Shown here piece by piece: positions 1-9,125 of a stretch of DNA of 64,000 bases. The stretch is from an uncultured Spirochaetota bacterium. Its GTDB lineage: Bacteria > Spirochaetota > Spirochaetia > SZUA-6 > Fen-1364. The translations under genes and the position numbers were made by a program. The notes under the pieces were generated by a model. That model was not told the DNA's origin. It was given only the letters and a program-made list of their open reading frames with translations, and did no database searches. Numbering within the stretch: position 1 is the first letter of the stretch; the number at the start of each line of letters is the position of its first letter. The stretch is from positions 288,001-352,000 of the forward strand of contig CAWAHW010000004.1 of NCBI GenBank assembly GCA_963781885.1, given 5' to 3'.

Positions 1-736
1 TCAGGCTGGCGGCCGAGGGTCCGTATTCTCGTAGGAACATGCCGTAGAAGTGGAGCTGCTCGAGCTGCAGGGTGCCTGCCTTCACGACGATGAGGGGCAG
101 GAGAAAGTCGTTCCACAACCACAGGGCGTCCAGGATCATGATGGTCGCCGTGATGGGAATCATGAGCGGGAAGACGACGCGGAAGAAGACGAAGAACTGA
201 CCCGCGCCGTCGATGGACGCCGCTTCTTCCAGCTCGCGGGGCACGCCTTTCACGAATCCGTGGTACATGAAGACGGCAAGCGGCGCTCCCAGACCCCAGT
301 ACATCGGGATGATGCCCCAGACGCTGGCAAGCTTCAGGTCGGTGGAAAGCCCCACGATGGGCACCATGATGATCTGGAAGGGGATCACCATGGCGAATGC
401 AAAGAGCAGGTAGAGCACCCAGGAGATGCGGCCGAAGCTTCGCGCGAGCTTCCATGCCGCCATGGAGCTCACGAGGATGATGCCGGCGACGCCGCCGACG
501 GTGATGATGGCCGTGTTGAGCAAGGCGCGGGGGAATCTCATCTCCGTCCACGCCTTGATGAAATTGGCGATGGTCAGGGTGGTCGGCAGGCTGATGGGAT
601 GCAGCTTGATGTCCGCTTCCGGCTTCACGGCATTGTTGAGCACGAAAAGCGCCGGATAGATCCAGAGAAGCGCCAGGAGGATCATGATGGCTTCCAGCAC
701 GATGAGAGAGCGTTTTTTCGAACCCGGGGCGCTCAC
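1..736 (-). CDS. Carbohydrate ABC transporter permease (MalG-like), runs off the left edge
   Basis: Not in the ORF track. Manual translation from GTG at 736 (GTGA overlap with the upstream stop) gives MSAPGSKKRSLIVLEAIMILLALLWIYPALFVLNNAVK...ELEEAASIDG...WLWNDFLLPLIV, with EAA loop and WNDF motifs. Confidence 0.9.
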   Translation of the reverse strand, partial: MSAPGSKKRSLIVLEAIMILLALLWIYPALFVLNNAVKPEADIKLHPISLPTTLTIANFIKAWTEMRFPRALLNTAIITVGGVAGIILVSSMAAWKLARSFGRISWVLYLLFAFAMVIPFQIIMVPIVGLSTDLKLASVWGIIPMYWGLGAPLAVFMYHGFVKGVPRELEEAASIDGAGQFFVFFRVVFPLMIPITATIMILDALWLWNDFLLPLIVVKAGTLQLEQLHFYGMFLREYGPSAASL

Positions 737-2256
737 AGCTGCACCTCCCGTCGCTTGCTGATGGAGAGCTGGATGCCGGTCACGAGCGCGATCAGGAGAA
801 AGAGCAATATGGCCTTTGCCGTGCCCAGGCCCGCCTGCTTCTTCGCAAAGGCGTCGAAAAAGATGTCCATGACGAAGGGGACCGTGCCGGTGGCGTACCC
901 CGAAGGCCCCTGCATCGCGTAGACAAGGTCGAAGCTCTTCAGCGAGTTGGAGAGGCTCAGGAAGAGGCAGATCGTGAAGGCCGGCACGAGGAGCGGCAGC
1001 GTGATGTGCCGCAGCCTCTTGCCGAATGTGGCCCCGTCGATGCTGGACGCTTCCAGCACGTCCGTGGGCACGTTCGACATGCCCGCGAGGTAGATCACCA
1101 TGAGGTAGCCCGCCTGCTGCCAGACCTGGACGAGGACGATGAGCCACGGCGTTTTTGCGGCATCCCCCATCCAGAGGTCGATGCCCGTGAGCTTCGGCAG
1201 CAGGTTGTAGAACACGAACGACCACACGAGCGCCACGATGATCATCGAAAGAACGTTCGGCAGGAAAAACACCGACCGCAGGACCTTCTGGCTCTTGATG
1301 CCGCTGTCGAGCGCGAGCGCGAGGAAGAAAGCGATCAGGTTGCTCAGGAGGACGTTGAAGAAGGTGAAGAAGATCGTGAAACCGACGACGCCCATCTCGA
1401 ACTCCCGGTCGACCCAGTTGTCGGCGAGCAGCCTCTTCAGCGCACCGAGGCCGTAGATCTCTTTCGCGGCGGCGCTCACCTCTGCGGCGTTTGCGGCGCT
1501 GAATTTGTTGTCCCGAAGGAATGCGCTCACGAGGCCCCCCAGGGCCGCGTCATCCCTTTTCAAGCCGGCCGTCTTCACCGACGAGATGAAGGCATCGACG
1601 GCGTCCGAAGAGACGCTTTTTGCCGTCGCCACCTCGGGAAGGAGCCAGATCCTGTCCTCCAGCGTGAACTCATTGAATTGAGGCTGCAGCGCGTAGGTGT
1701 CCTGGGCCGGCGCGTAGTAGCGGGCGGCCAGGGCGCGATCGTCGGCTCCCGTGAGGTGGGGGAGGAATTTCCGCTCGAACTCGGTCCGCGGAATGCTCTT
1801 GGGCAGGTCAGAATCCTCGTTGAAATTGGTCTTCGTGAACATGTGCGGGTAGAAGCGCTGCTCCACCTTGCCGGCGAAGATCTGCGCATAGTTGGCAAAA
1901 CCGATCACCCGGTAGCTCTGCGGCTGGTAGCCGATCCGCCGGAGAATCCGCTGCAGTCGGTAGCGCGCGAGCCCCGTGACATAGAGACGCTTGTACTGGT
2001 TGTCCGACGCGTCGAGGTGATAGGTCGCGAGAAGGAAGTCGCGATCAGCGGCCGAGGAGATGCGGGCGAGAATCGTCGACTCGAATTCCTCCTTCGGCAT
2101 GCTGATGGGAGTGCGGGGCGTCAGGCCGTCCCAGTTGGTGAATGAGATCCGGATGCCTTGGACAAAGGGGTAGAGGAAGAAAACGGAATACAGGAGGAGC
2201 GCGGGCAGGACAAAGACGGCGAACAGGACGACGACCTTGAATCTCGGCTGCACCAT
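733..2256 (-). CDS. Carbohydrate ABC transporter permease (MalF-like) with large extracytoplasmic insertions
   Basis: SFTNWDGL, FFLPNVLS and EAA motif EASSIDGA; 507 aa versus about 300 aa typical. Confidence 0.9.
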   Translation of the reverse strand: MVQPRFKVVVLFAVFVLPALLLYSVFFLYPFVQGIRISFTNWDGLTPRTPISMPKEEFESTILARISSAADRDFLLATYHLDASDNQYKRLYVTGLARYRLQRILRRIGYQPQSYRVIGFANYAQIFAGKVEQRFYPHMFTKTNFNEDSDLPKSIPRTEFERKFLPHLTGADDRALAARYYAPAQDTYALQPQFNEFTLEDRIWLLPEVATAKSVSSDAVDAFISSVKTAGLKRDDAALGGLVSAFLRDNKFSAANAAEVSAAAKEIYGLGALKRLLADNWVDREFEMGVVGFTIFFTFFNVLLSNLIAFFLALALDSGIKSQKVLRSVFFLPNVLSMIIVALVWSFVFYNLLPKLTGIDLWMGDAAKTPWLIVLVQVWQQAGYLMVIYLAGMSNVPTDVLEASSIDGATFGKRLRHITLPLLVPAFTICLFLSLSNSLKSFDLVYAMQGPSGYATGTVPFVMDIFFDAFAKKQAGLGTAKAILLFLLIALVTGIQLSISKRREVQL

Positions 2257-2274
2257 GATGCGCTCTCCTTGAGT

Positions 2275-2303
2275 GTCCCGGGGAGGCGGCGCCTCCCCGG
2301 GAC
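2275..2303. other. Intercistronic stem-loop between the binding-protein and permease genes
   Basis: GTCCCGGGGAGGC-GGC-GCCTCCCCGGGAC, a perfect 13-bp stem with no U-tract. Confidence 0.7.
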
Positions 2304-2327
2304 TGGATTGCTCAGGTGGTCAGGGTA

Positions 2328-3560
2328 CTACTTCTTGAGCGATTCCGCCCACATGCGGTCCATGTCCGCGATGACGTCCGCTGCGGTCTTCTTGCCGAAC
2401 ACGTAGGCAAGGGCCCCGTTCTTCGCGCCGTCCTCGAACACGTTCGTGGGGTACATGGAGAAGGCCCACGGATAGGCGCCGTTCTTGCCGACGTTGCTCA
2501 TGAGGTCGCCGAAGGGGGACTTCAGCGCCGACTGGTCGGCTCCCTTGAAGTCGGAGGTGAGCTTGCAGTCGCGGGTCCAGATCTTCACCGCCGCAGGGGT
2601 TGCAAGCCATTCGATGAACTTGCGCGCGGCGGCCTGCTTGTCGGCCGACGCCTGGGAGGAGAGGCCGAACGTGGAATCCACGTCCGCGTAGAACTTGTTC
2701 ACCGACGCGGTGTTGGACACGGGGAACGGAATGAATCCCGCGTTCAGATTGGGGTTCGCGTCCAAAGCGGCGCCATAGGACCAGAGCCCCTGCACCATCA
2801 TCGCTTCCTTGCCGGCCGCGAATGCGGATGCCTGCTCGGAATACGCCATCTCCTGCGCGTTCGTGTCCATATTGCTCTTGTAGAAATCAATGATGGAGAA
2901 CAGCCGGCTCGTGTCCACCACGCCGAAGGTGGTCTTTCCCGCGTTCATGTCTGCCACGAACTGGGGCGCGGCGATCTTCTTCTCCGCGAGCAGGGTCGTA
3001 TGCACCATCGTGATGAAGTGGCCGATGGACCAGTTTTCCTTCAGAAGACCGGCGAATGGAGTCACGCCATTGTCGGAAAGGGTCTTCACGACCCGCTCCA
3101 GGTCACGATAGGTGGTCGGGGGCTGCAGTTTGTACTTTGCAAAGATGTCCTTGTTGTACACGATGCCGATCCCCGCGAAATCCATGGGGACCGCCCACTG
3201 CTTGCCGTTCCAGGTGACCGCCGGTTTCGCCGAATCGATGACCTTCGCCATGACCGGCGCCTTTGAAAGATCCACGAGGTAGCCCTTCTGGGCATATTCG
3301 AATACGCGGCTGTAGGACTGCATCTCCAGGATCTCCGACAGCGTGCCCGCTGCCGCGCGCGCCGACATCGTGGCGTCCGCGTCGTTGGGGACGATCAGCA
3401 GGCTGATGGTGATGCCCGGGTTCTCCTGCGTGAAGGCATCCGTCAGGGTCTTCAAACCGGCCTGGATCTCCTGCTTGTAGTAGTACATTTCCAGGCTCTG
3501 CGCCGACACCGTTCCCGCGAGAACGACGGCGAGGATCAAAAGGACGAGGACTCTCTTCAT
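2328..3560 (-). CDS. Sugar ABC transporter substrate-binding protein (MsmE/family 1-like)
   Basis: Signal peptide MKRVLVLL...VSA/Q; GIVYNKDIF and FAAGKEAMMVQGLW motifs; GGAGG 8 nt upstream of the ATG at 3560. Confidence 0.92.
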   Translation of the reverse strand: MKRVLVLLILAVVLAGTVSAQSLEMYYYKQEIQAGLKTLTDAFTQENPGITISLLIVPNDADATMSARAAAGTLSEILEMQSYSRVFEYAQKGYLVDLSKAPVMAKVIDSAKPAVTWNGKQWAVPMDFAGIGIVYNKDIFAKYKLQPPTTYRDLERVVKTLSDNGVTPFAGLLKENWSIGHFITMVHTTLLAEKKIAAPQFVADMNAGKTTFGVVDTSRLFSIIDFYKSNMDTNAQEMAYSEQASAFAAGKEAMMVQGLWSYGAALDANPNLNAGFIPFPVSNTASVNKFYADVDSTFGLSSQASADKQAAARKFIEWLATPAAVKIWTRDCKLTSDFKGADQSALKSPFGDLMSNVGKNGAYPWAFSMYPTNVFEDGAKNGALAYVFGKKTAADVIADMDRMWAESLKK

Positions 3561-3693
3561 GGTCACACCTCCTCGGAATATGTCCCCCCCACGGGGGGAT
3601 TCTCCTACGCGACGGCCGTCCGGGCCGCCATTCCATGCTCACGTGCGGACACGCGATCGGGGTTGCACATTTCCACGAACTCGTGTAACATCA

Positions 3694-3737
3694 TGCAACC
3701 GGTTGCACGATTATAACAGGCCGGGGGCGGTTGTCAA
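3694..3737 (-). promoter_or_regulatory. Sigma-70 promoter of the sugar ABC operon with a LacI-family operator
   Basis: Minus strand TTGACA(3737-3732)-N16-TATAAT(3715-3710); perfect palindrome TGCAACCGGTTGCA at 3694-3707 over the predicted +1. Confidence 0.85.
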
Positions 3738-3764
3738 GCGAAAAATCTCCAGGAGGGCGGGCGG

Positions 3765-4790
3765 ATGGAGCGCAAAAAGCGGGTGACGATCTACGACGTG
3801 GCGCAGAAGGCCGGTGTCACCGCCGCCACCGTCTCCCGCGTCATCAACAGCAGGAATGGCATCTCGCGCGCGACCCGCGAAAAGGTGATGGCCGTCATGC
3901 AGAAGGAGCGGTACTACCCCTCCCCCGCCGCCTCGGGTCTGCGGAAGAAGAGCACGCAGGAGATCGGCATCCTCTCCCCCTTCTTCATCGGGGACTTTTT
4001 CCTGAAGATATTCGAGAGCCTCCACCGGCAGCTCAAGGACTACGACCTGATCCTCTACAATGCGCAAACCCCCGCGCACCGGCGCGAGGTGATCCACCGC
4101 ATCGTGGCCGAGGAGAAGCTGCGCGCCCTCATCGTCGCGAGCACGCCCATCCTCCTGGAGGAGGAGATGCTCATCTCCCGCATGGGCATTCCCGTCGTCC
4201 TCGTGGAGGCACGGCATCCCGCCTACAGCTCGGTGGACTACGACCACCAGATCGGGGCGCTGAAGGCTGTCTCCCACCTCGTGGAGCTCGGACACCGCGA
4301 CATCGCCATCATTGGAGGGAAGCCTGAAACCCGGCTGTATTCCCCCATCGGCAAGGACCGTCTGAAGGGCTACCGCATGGCGCTCGCCATGGCAGGCATC
4401 CCGGTCCAGGAACGCTATATCCAGAGCGGCGAGTGGACCAGCGCGGATGCCCAGGCGAGCGCCCGCGCGCTGCTCGCGGACGCGCATCCTCCCACCGCGA
4501 TATTCGCCACCTCCGACGCGCAGGCGGCGGGCGTCCTGCTGGCTGCCCAGGAGATGAGGATAAAGGTGCCGGGCCAGCTTTCCGTCGTCGGCTACGACAA
4601 CATCCCTTTTGCGGAGTATCTCTCCCTCACCACCATGTGGCAGCGCCACGATCAGCTCGCGCGCAACGCGGCGAATCTCCTGCTGGAGGAAATACGCACC
4701 GGCATCCGCGCAGGCGAGCGGGTCGTGCTCCAGCCCGAGCTCGTCGTGCGCGGATCCACGGCTGCACCCGCGGCAAGACGACGCCCGTGA
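3765..4790 (+). CDS. LacI-family transcriptional regulator
   Basis: VTIYDVAQKAGVTAATVSRVIN HTH; LGHRDIAII; PTAIFATSD; VPGQLSVVGYD. Confidence 0.95.
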   Translation: MERKKRVTIYDVAQKAGVTAATVSRVINSRNGISRATREKVMAVMQKERYYPSPAASGLRKKSTQEIGILSPFFIGDFFLKIFESLHRQLKDYDLILYNAQTPAHRREVIHRIVAEEKLRALIVASTPILLEEEMLISRMGIPVVLVEARHPAYSSVDYDHQIGALKAVSHLVELGHRDIAIIGGKPETRLYSPIGKDRLKGYRMALAMAGIPVQERYIQSGEWTSADAQASARALLADAHPPTAIFATSDAQAAGVLLAAQEMRIKVPGQLSVVGYDNIPFAEYLSLTTMWQRHDQLARNAANLLLEEIRTGIRAGERVVLQPELVVRGSTAAPAARRRP

Positions 4791-6364
4791 AAAGGACCGC
4801 GGGGCGCGCGGCGCCCGCTGCAGATCGTTTCGCCAGCCGCGCGAGCGGGATCCTCCTGCATCCGACCAGTCTTCCCGGGCCGCATGGGATCGGCGACCTT
4901 GGGGCATCGGCGCACCGCTTCCTGGATCAGCTCGCCGCGGCGCATCAGTCCCTCTGGCAGGTGCTCCCGCTGGGGCCGACGGGCTACGGCGACTCCCCGT
5001 ACGCGTGCTTCTCCTCTTTTGCGGGCAATCCGCTCCTTGTGAGCCTCGAGGCCCTGCGGGAATGGGGCGCCGTGAGAACGGAGGACCTGAGCGCCATACC
5101 CGCCTTCCCCGCCGGCCGGGTGGATTACGGCGCCGTGATTGCCTGGAAAGCTCCTCTCCTGCGCGCAGCGGCAGCCCGCTTTCTGAAAGGCGCAAAAGGT
5201 GAAGCCCGCGACAGCTTCGACTCCTTCTGCGAGCGGGAATCGTGGTGGCTGGACGACTACGGCCTCTTTACGGCCATCAAACGCGCGTGCGTCGGCGCGT
5301 GGAACCGCGACTGGGAGAAGGATCTCGCCCTGCGCGATCGCGCGGCGCTGGCGCGCGCCCGCCGGCAGTGCGCGGCGGACATCGCCGTGGAGCAGGCGAT
5401 ACAGTTTTTCTTCTTCTCCCAGTGGGAGTCCCTGCGCGCGGCGGCGGCAAGGAAGGGGATCCGCATCATCGGCGACCTTCCCATATTCAGCGCGCCGGAT
5501 AGCGCCGACGTGTGGGCCAACCGCGCGCTCTTTCTCCTCGATGGCGACGGGCAGCCGACCTCTGTTTCAGGGGTCCCGCCGGACTATTTCGCCGCCACGG
5601 GCCAGCTCTGGGGCAACCCCCTCTACGACTGGGAGGCGCTGCGGCGCGAGGGATACCGATTCTGGATCGAGCGCATCGGCGCGGCATTCAGGCTTTTCGA
5701 CTACGTGCGCATCGATCACTTCCGGGGCTTCGAGGCGTGCTGGACGGTGCCGGCCGGAGAATCGACGGCCCAACGGGGCCAATGGGTGAAGGTGCCGGGT
5801 GAAGAGCTCTTTGCAGCTCTTGAAAGGGAGCTGGGGAGCCTCGCGATCATCGCGGAGGACCTGGGCGTCATCACGCCCGCGGTGAGCGCGCTGCGGGAGC
5901 GGAGGGGATTCCCCGGCATGAGAATCCTCCAGTTTGCATTCGACAGCGACGAGGCGGGCGCGCTGGACGCGGGCAACCGCTTCCTTCCGCACAATCACGC
6001 GCGCGATTCCATCGTCTATACCGGGACGCACGACAACGACACGACCCGCGGCTGGTACGCGGGGCGAAGCCCGCGGGAGAAGGCCTACCTGGATCGCTAC
6101 GCCCCGGCCACCGACCCCGAGATCGAATGGCGCCTCATCCGCATGGCGCTCTCTTCCGTCTGCGTTTTTGCCCTGACGCCCCTCCAAGATATCCTGGGCC
6201 TGGGAACCGAGGCGCGCATGAACACGCCGGGCACCAGCAGCGCGCTGAACTGGTCGTGGCGGGCGCCGGACTGCATTCTCAATGACGCGGCGGGAGGGCG
6301 GCTTGGCGAGCTCACGGCGCTGTACGGCCGGGCGCCCGCCAAAGCCGCGGACACGGCTCCCTAG
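4787..6364 (+). CDS. malQ: 4-alpha-glucanotransferase (amylomaltase, GH77)
   Basis: ASGILLHPTSLPG, GVPPDYF, RIDHFRGF, IIAEDLG, YTGTHDNDT; GTG start overlaps the lacI stop. Confidence 0.95.
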   Translation: MKRTAGRAAPAADRFASRASGILLHPTSLPGPHGIGDLGASAHRFLDQLAAAHQSLWQVLPLGPTGYGDSPYACFSSFAGNPLLVSLEALREWGAVRTEDLSAIPAFPAGRVDYGAVIAWKAPLLRAAAARFLKGAKGEARDSFDSFCERESWWLDDYGLFTAIKRACVGAWNRDWEKDLALRDRAALARARRQCAADIAVEQAIQFFFFSQWESLRAAAARKGIRIIGDLPIFSAPDSADVWANRALFLLDGDGQPTSVSGVPPDYFAATGQLWGNPLYDWEALRREGYRFWIERIGAAFRLFDYVRIDHFRGFEACWTVPAGESTAQRGQWVKVPGEELFAALERELGSLAIIAEDLGVITPAVSALRERRGFPGMRILQFAFDSDEAGALDAGNRFLPHNHARDSIVYTGTHDNDTTRGWYAGRSPREKAYLDRYAPATDPEIEWRLIRMALSSVCVFALTPLQDILGLGTEARMNTPGTSSALNWSWRAPDCILNDAAGGRLGELTALYGRAPAKAADTAP

Positions 6365-7470
6365 CGTTCGACGGTCTCCTCTGCGCGAAGTATCTCCGCG
6401 ATGCGCTTCTCCATTGTCGCCGCTTCCGTCGGGGTGAGGAGACCCGCCTCCAGCTCGAAACGGATATTCGCGCCGCCTGCCAGGCTCTTGACGTTTCCCT
6501 TCGCCTTTTCGGCGCTGTAGCCCTCAGACTCCGCGGTGGCCGGCAGCACCATGCCCAGGCAATCCTGGTCCGCGGTGCGGCTGATCCAGCGCACGCCATG
6601 GTCGAGCTGCCGCGGCTTGTGGGAGATCCAACTCGCGTACCCGTCGGGATGGACCATCATGGTATGCGCCCATCCCTTTGCATCGGCGCGGTAGCTGAGA
6701 TAGAGGACCACCTCCGGATCGAAGGCGAGCCCCGGGACAAGGACGTTGTGCCGGCCGGGGTCGGCGGCAAGCTCGGCCAGGAATTCGCGGTGACCCGCCG
6801 GCGGCTTGATATGCGACGGCAGGACCGTGCGCACCCGCACGGTGTCGCGCGAGCAGGGCGCGCTGTAGACCAGCCTGCCGTTGTCGATCGGGCGAAAGTT
6901 CACGTGGTTCATGAACATGAGCTCCATGCCCGTCTTCTTGTGGTTGGCGATCTCCATGGCAACCGAGACGGTCGCCGATCCCGCGTGCAGGGACGCGCGC
7001 GGCAGGGCCGAATAGTCGCAGGCAAAAGCCACGGTATGTCGATACGCGCCGCCCACGCTCATGAAGGGGCCGCGTTCGTCCACGCCCAGGGAGATGAAGG
7101 CACTGTCGTACGGTGCGTTGGGAAGCTCGCCGTGCAAGGGGTGGGTGTCGCCGGCCGCGGGCACGCCCATGGCCGTGGCGCCGCAGTGCAGGAGGAATGC
7201 CCCGTACGTGGCAAGGTAGTCGCGCGTGGCGCGCGGCTGGCGGAACATCGATTTCATGGTGAGGACCCTGCCGTCGAAGCGCGCGTCCCAGATCTGCTGG
7301 CCCTGCCAGGGCAGGACGACCATCTCGCCGCGCGCGTTTTTCACCCTCACCGCCTCGACGCCCGATTCGTAGCGGAAGAGGCTCGCCGAGAGCTCGCCGC
7401 TTTCAACGATCGTCCTCTCCTTCTCCCCGAAGAAACCGCGCTCCAGGGTAATGACCGTTTCCCGTTCCAT
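6361..7470 (-). CDS. DUF4432 / aldose-1-epimerase (mutarotase)-like protein
   Basis: GQQIWDA, FLLHCG, DTHPLHGELP, HVNFRP motifs. Confidence 0.8.
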   Translation of the reverse strand: MERETVITLERGFFGEKERTIVESGELSASLFRYESGVEAVRVKNARGEMVVLPWQGQQIWDARFDGRVLTMKSMFRQPRATRDYLATYGAFLLHCGATAMGVPAAGDTHPLHGELPNAPYDSAFISLGVDERGPFMSVGGAYRHTVAFACDYSALPRASLHAGSATVSVAMEIANHKKTGMELMFMNHVNFRPIDNGRLVYSAPCSRDTVRVRTVLPSHIKPPAGHREFLAELAADPGRHNVLVPGLAFDPEVVLYLSYRADAKGWAHTMMVHPDGYASWISHKPRQLDHGVRWISRTADQDCLGMVLPATAESEGYSAEKAKGNVKSLAGGANIRFELEAGLLTPTEAATMEKRIAEILRAEETVER

Positions 7471-7481
7471 GCGCTGCCTCC

Positions 7482-9065
7482 TTACGCGTGTCTCATGCTC
7501 ATGGCCAGAAGCCTTCGCAGCCTCTCGCGATTTGCGGCGTCATAGTACTCCACGGGGTTGTAGTCATCCGTGAGCACGATGCCGCGGGTGAGATCGGGCT
7601 GCCACGTCCGGGCAAAGGCAGCCTTCACGTCGTCAAGCGCCTGGGGATGAACGCGGCTGTAGTCGGGGGTCCGCAGCATCGTGAGCGGGGAACGCAGCGA
7701 CGCGACGAAAAGCGTGTTCGCGGTCTTCACGCCATGCACGACCACGCTGGGAAAGACCTCCCGCAGCGTCTTGTACAGCGACGCCCCCATGTAGTCGCCG
7801 GCCGCATTGAATTCCACGAATGTGTTCATCACCAGAGTGCCGTCCGGCTTCAGGACCTTGCGCACGGCCTCGAAGGCTTCCCGGCTCATCAGGTGCGACG
7901 GGCTGCCGTCGCCGACAAAGGCATCGAGGATCACCGCGTCGTACTTCTTCCCGGTCGTATTGAGGAACCACCGGCCGTCTCCGATGGTAAGGGCGATCGC
8001 GCTGGTATCCAGCCCGAACCAGGAGCGGGCGACGTCCACGACGGCCGGGTTGATCTCCACCACGTCCACGCGCGCGCCGTCGGCGGCGAGATCGCGCGGC
8101 ACGATGCCGATGCCCAGCCCGATGCACAGCACGTCGTCAAGACGGGGCGTGTAGGCGCGCGCGAGATCCTCCAGCATCCACGTGAACATGACGGTGCTGG
8201 ATTGCCGGCTCGTGTCGTAGACGTTCTGGATGAGGTAGTCGGTGAGGTAATAGCGATAGGGAAGCTGCGGTGACTGCAGGACCTGGATCATGCCGAAGCT
8301 CGAATTCCCGCGGTACAGCTCTTCGCCGGCGGGAAGCCGCGGCCCGTCGACGGTGAGCCCGTACCAGCCAAGACCGGCCCCGGCGACGATGCAGACGGCC
8401 ACCGCGACCGTCGCGCCGGTGCGCCGTCCCCAGATGAGGAAGTAGCATGCCACGAGCACCGCGAGCGCCGCGGCAGTCCCGTACATCGTCGTGGAATTGG
8501 GCAGGAGCGGAATCAGGAGGTAGCCGATGATGGCCGTGCCGAGAAAGCTCCCGAGCGTGCTGACAAAGGACACGCGCCCGACCGTGCCGCCCACGCCGGC
8601 AAGAGTCTGCGCCACCACGCGCACGAGGAAGGGACCCGTCATGGCGAGCAGGAAAAGGGGGATGAAGAAGAGACAGACCGCGGAAAGCAGCGACCCGACC
8701 GGCAGCGGCAGGGAGAGGAGCTGGTAGGCCAGCCATTCCCGCACGGCAACCGTGGCCACCAGGGCGATGGCGGCGATCAGGATGGCGACGTACAGCCTTC
8801 CCAGCCGTGCGGACCGGGTCACGAGGCGCCCACCCGCGTAGTAGCCGAGCGCGAGCGCCGCCATCGTCACGGCGATCTGCGCCGTCCACACGAAGTGCGA
8901 CGTGCCGAAATACGGCGCGAGCATCTTTGCCCCGAGTATCTCCACGATCATGACCGCCGCCCCCGCGATGCAGGCGGTGACGTAGAGGAAGCCCTGCAGC
9001 CCGCGCGGGAGCGCAGGCTGCTGCGATGATTCCTGTTGTGCCGGGACCTGGTGTTTGTTTTTCAT
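7482..9065 (-). CDS. Fused membrane domain / spermidine synthase-like SAM-dependent transferase
   Basis: N-terminal TM helices (EILGAKMLAPYFGTS); VLCIGLGIG, VVEINP, GDGR, YDAVILDAF, LTDDYNPVE. Confidence 0.85.
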   Translation of the reverse strand: MKNKHQVPAQQESSQQPALPRGLQGFLYVTACIAGAAVMIVEILGAKMLAPYFGTSHFVWTAQIAVTMAALALGYYAGGRLVTRSARLGRLYVAILIAAIALVATVAVREWLAYQLLSLPLPVGSLLSAVCLFFIPLFLLAMTGPFLVRVVAQTLAGVGGTVGRVSFVSTLGSFLGTAIIGYLLIPLLPNSTTMYGTAAALAVLVACYFLIWGRRTGATVAVAVCIVAGAGLGWYGLTVDGPRLPAGEELYRGNSSFGMIQVLQSPQLPYRYYLTDYLIQNVYDTSRQSSTVMFTWMLEDLARAYTPRLDDVLCIGLGIGIVPRDLAADGARVDVVEINPAVVDVARSWFGLDTSAIALTIGDGRWFLNTTGKKYDAVILDAFVGDGSPSHLMSREAFEAVRKVLKPDGTLVMNTFVEFNAAGDYMGASLYKTLREVFPSVVVHGVKTANTLFVASLRSPLTMLRTPDYSRVHPQALDDVKAAFARTWQPDLTRGIVLTDDYNPVEYYDAANRERLRRLLAMSMRHA

Positions 9066-9125
9066 GCCTCTCCCCCGGCGCAGTGTACATGGCCGGGGGA
9101 TTTTCGTCTCCGGTACGGAAGGGCG

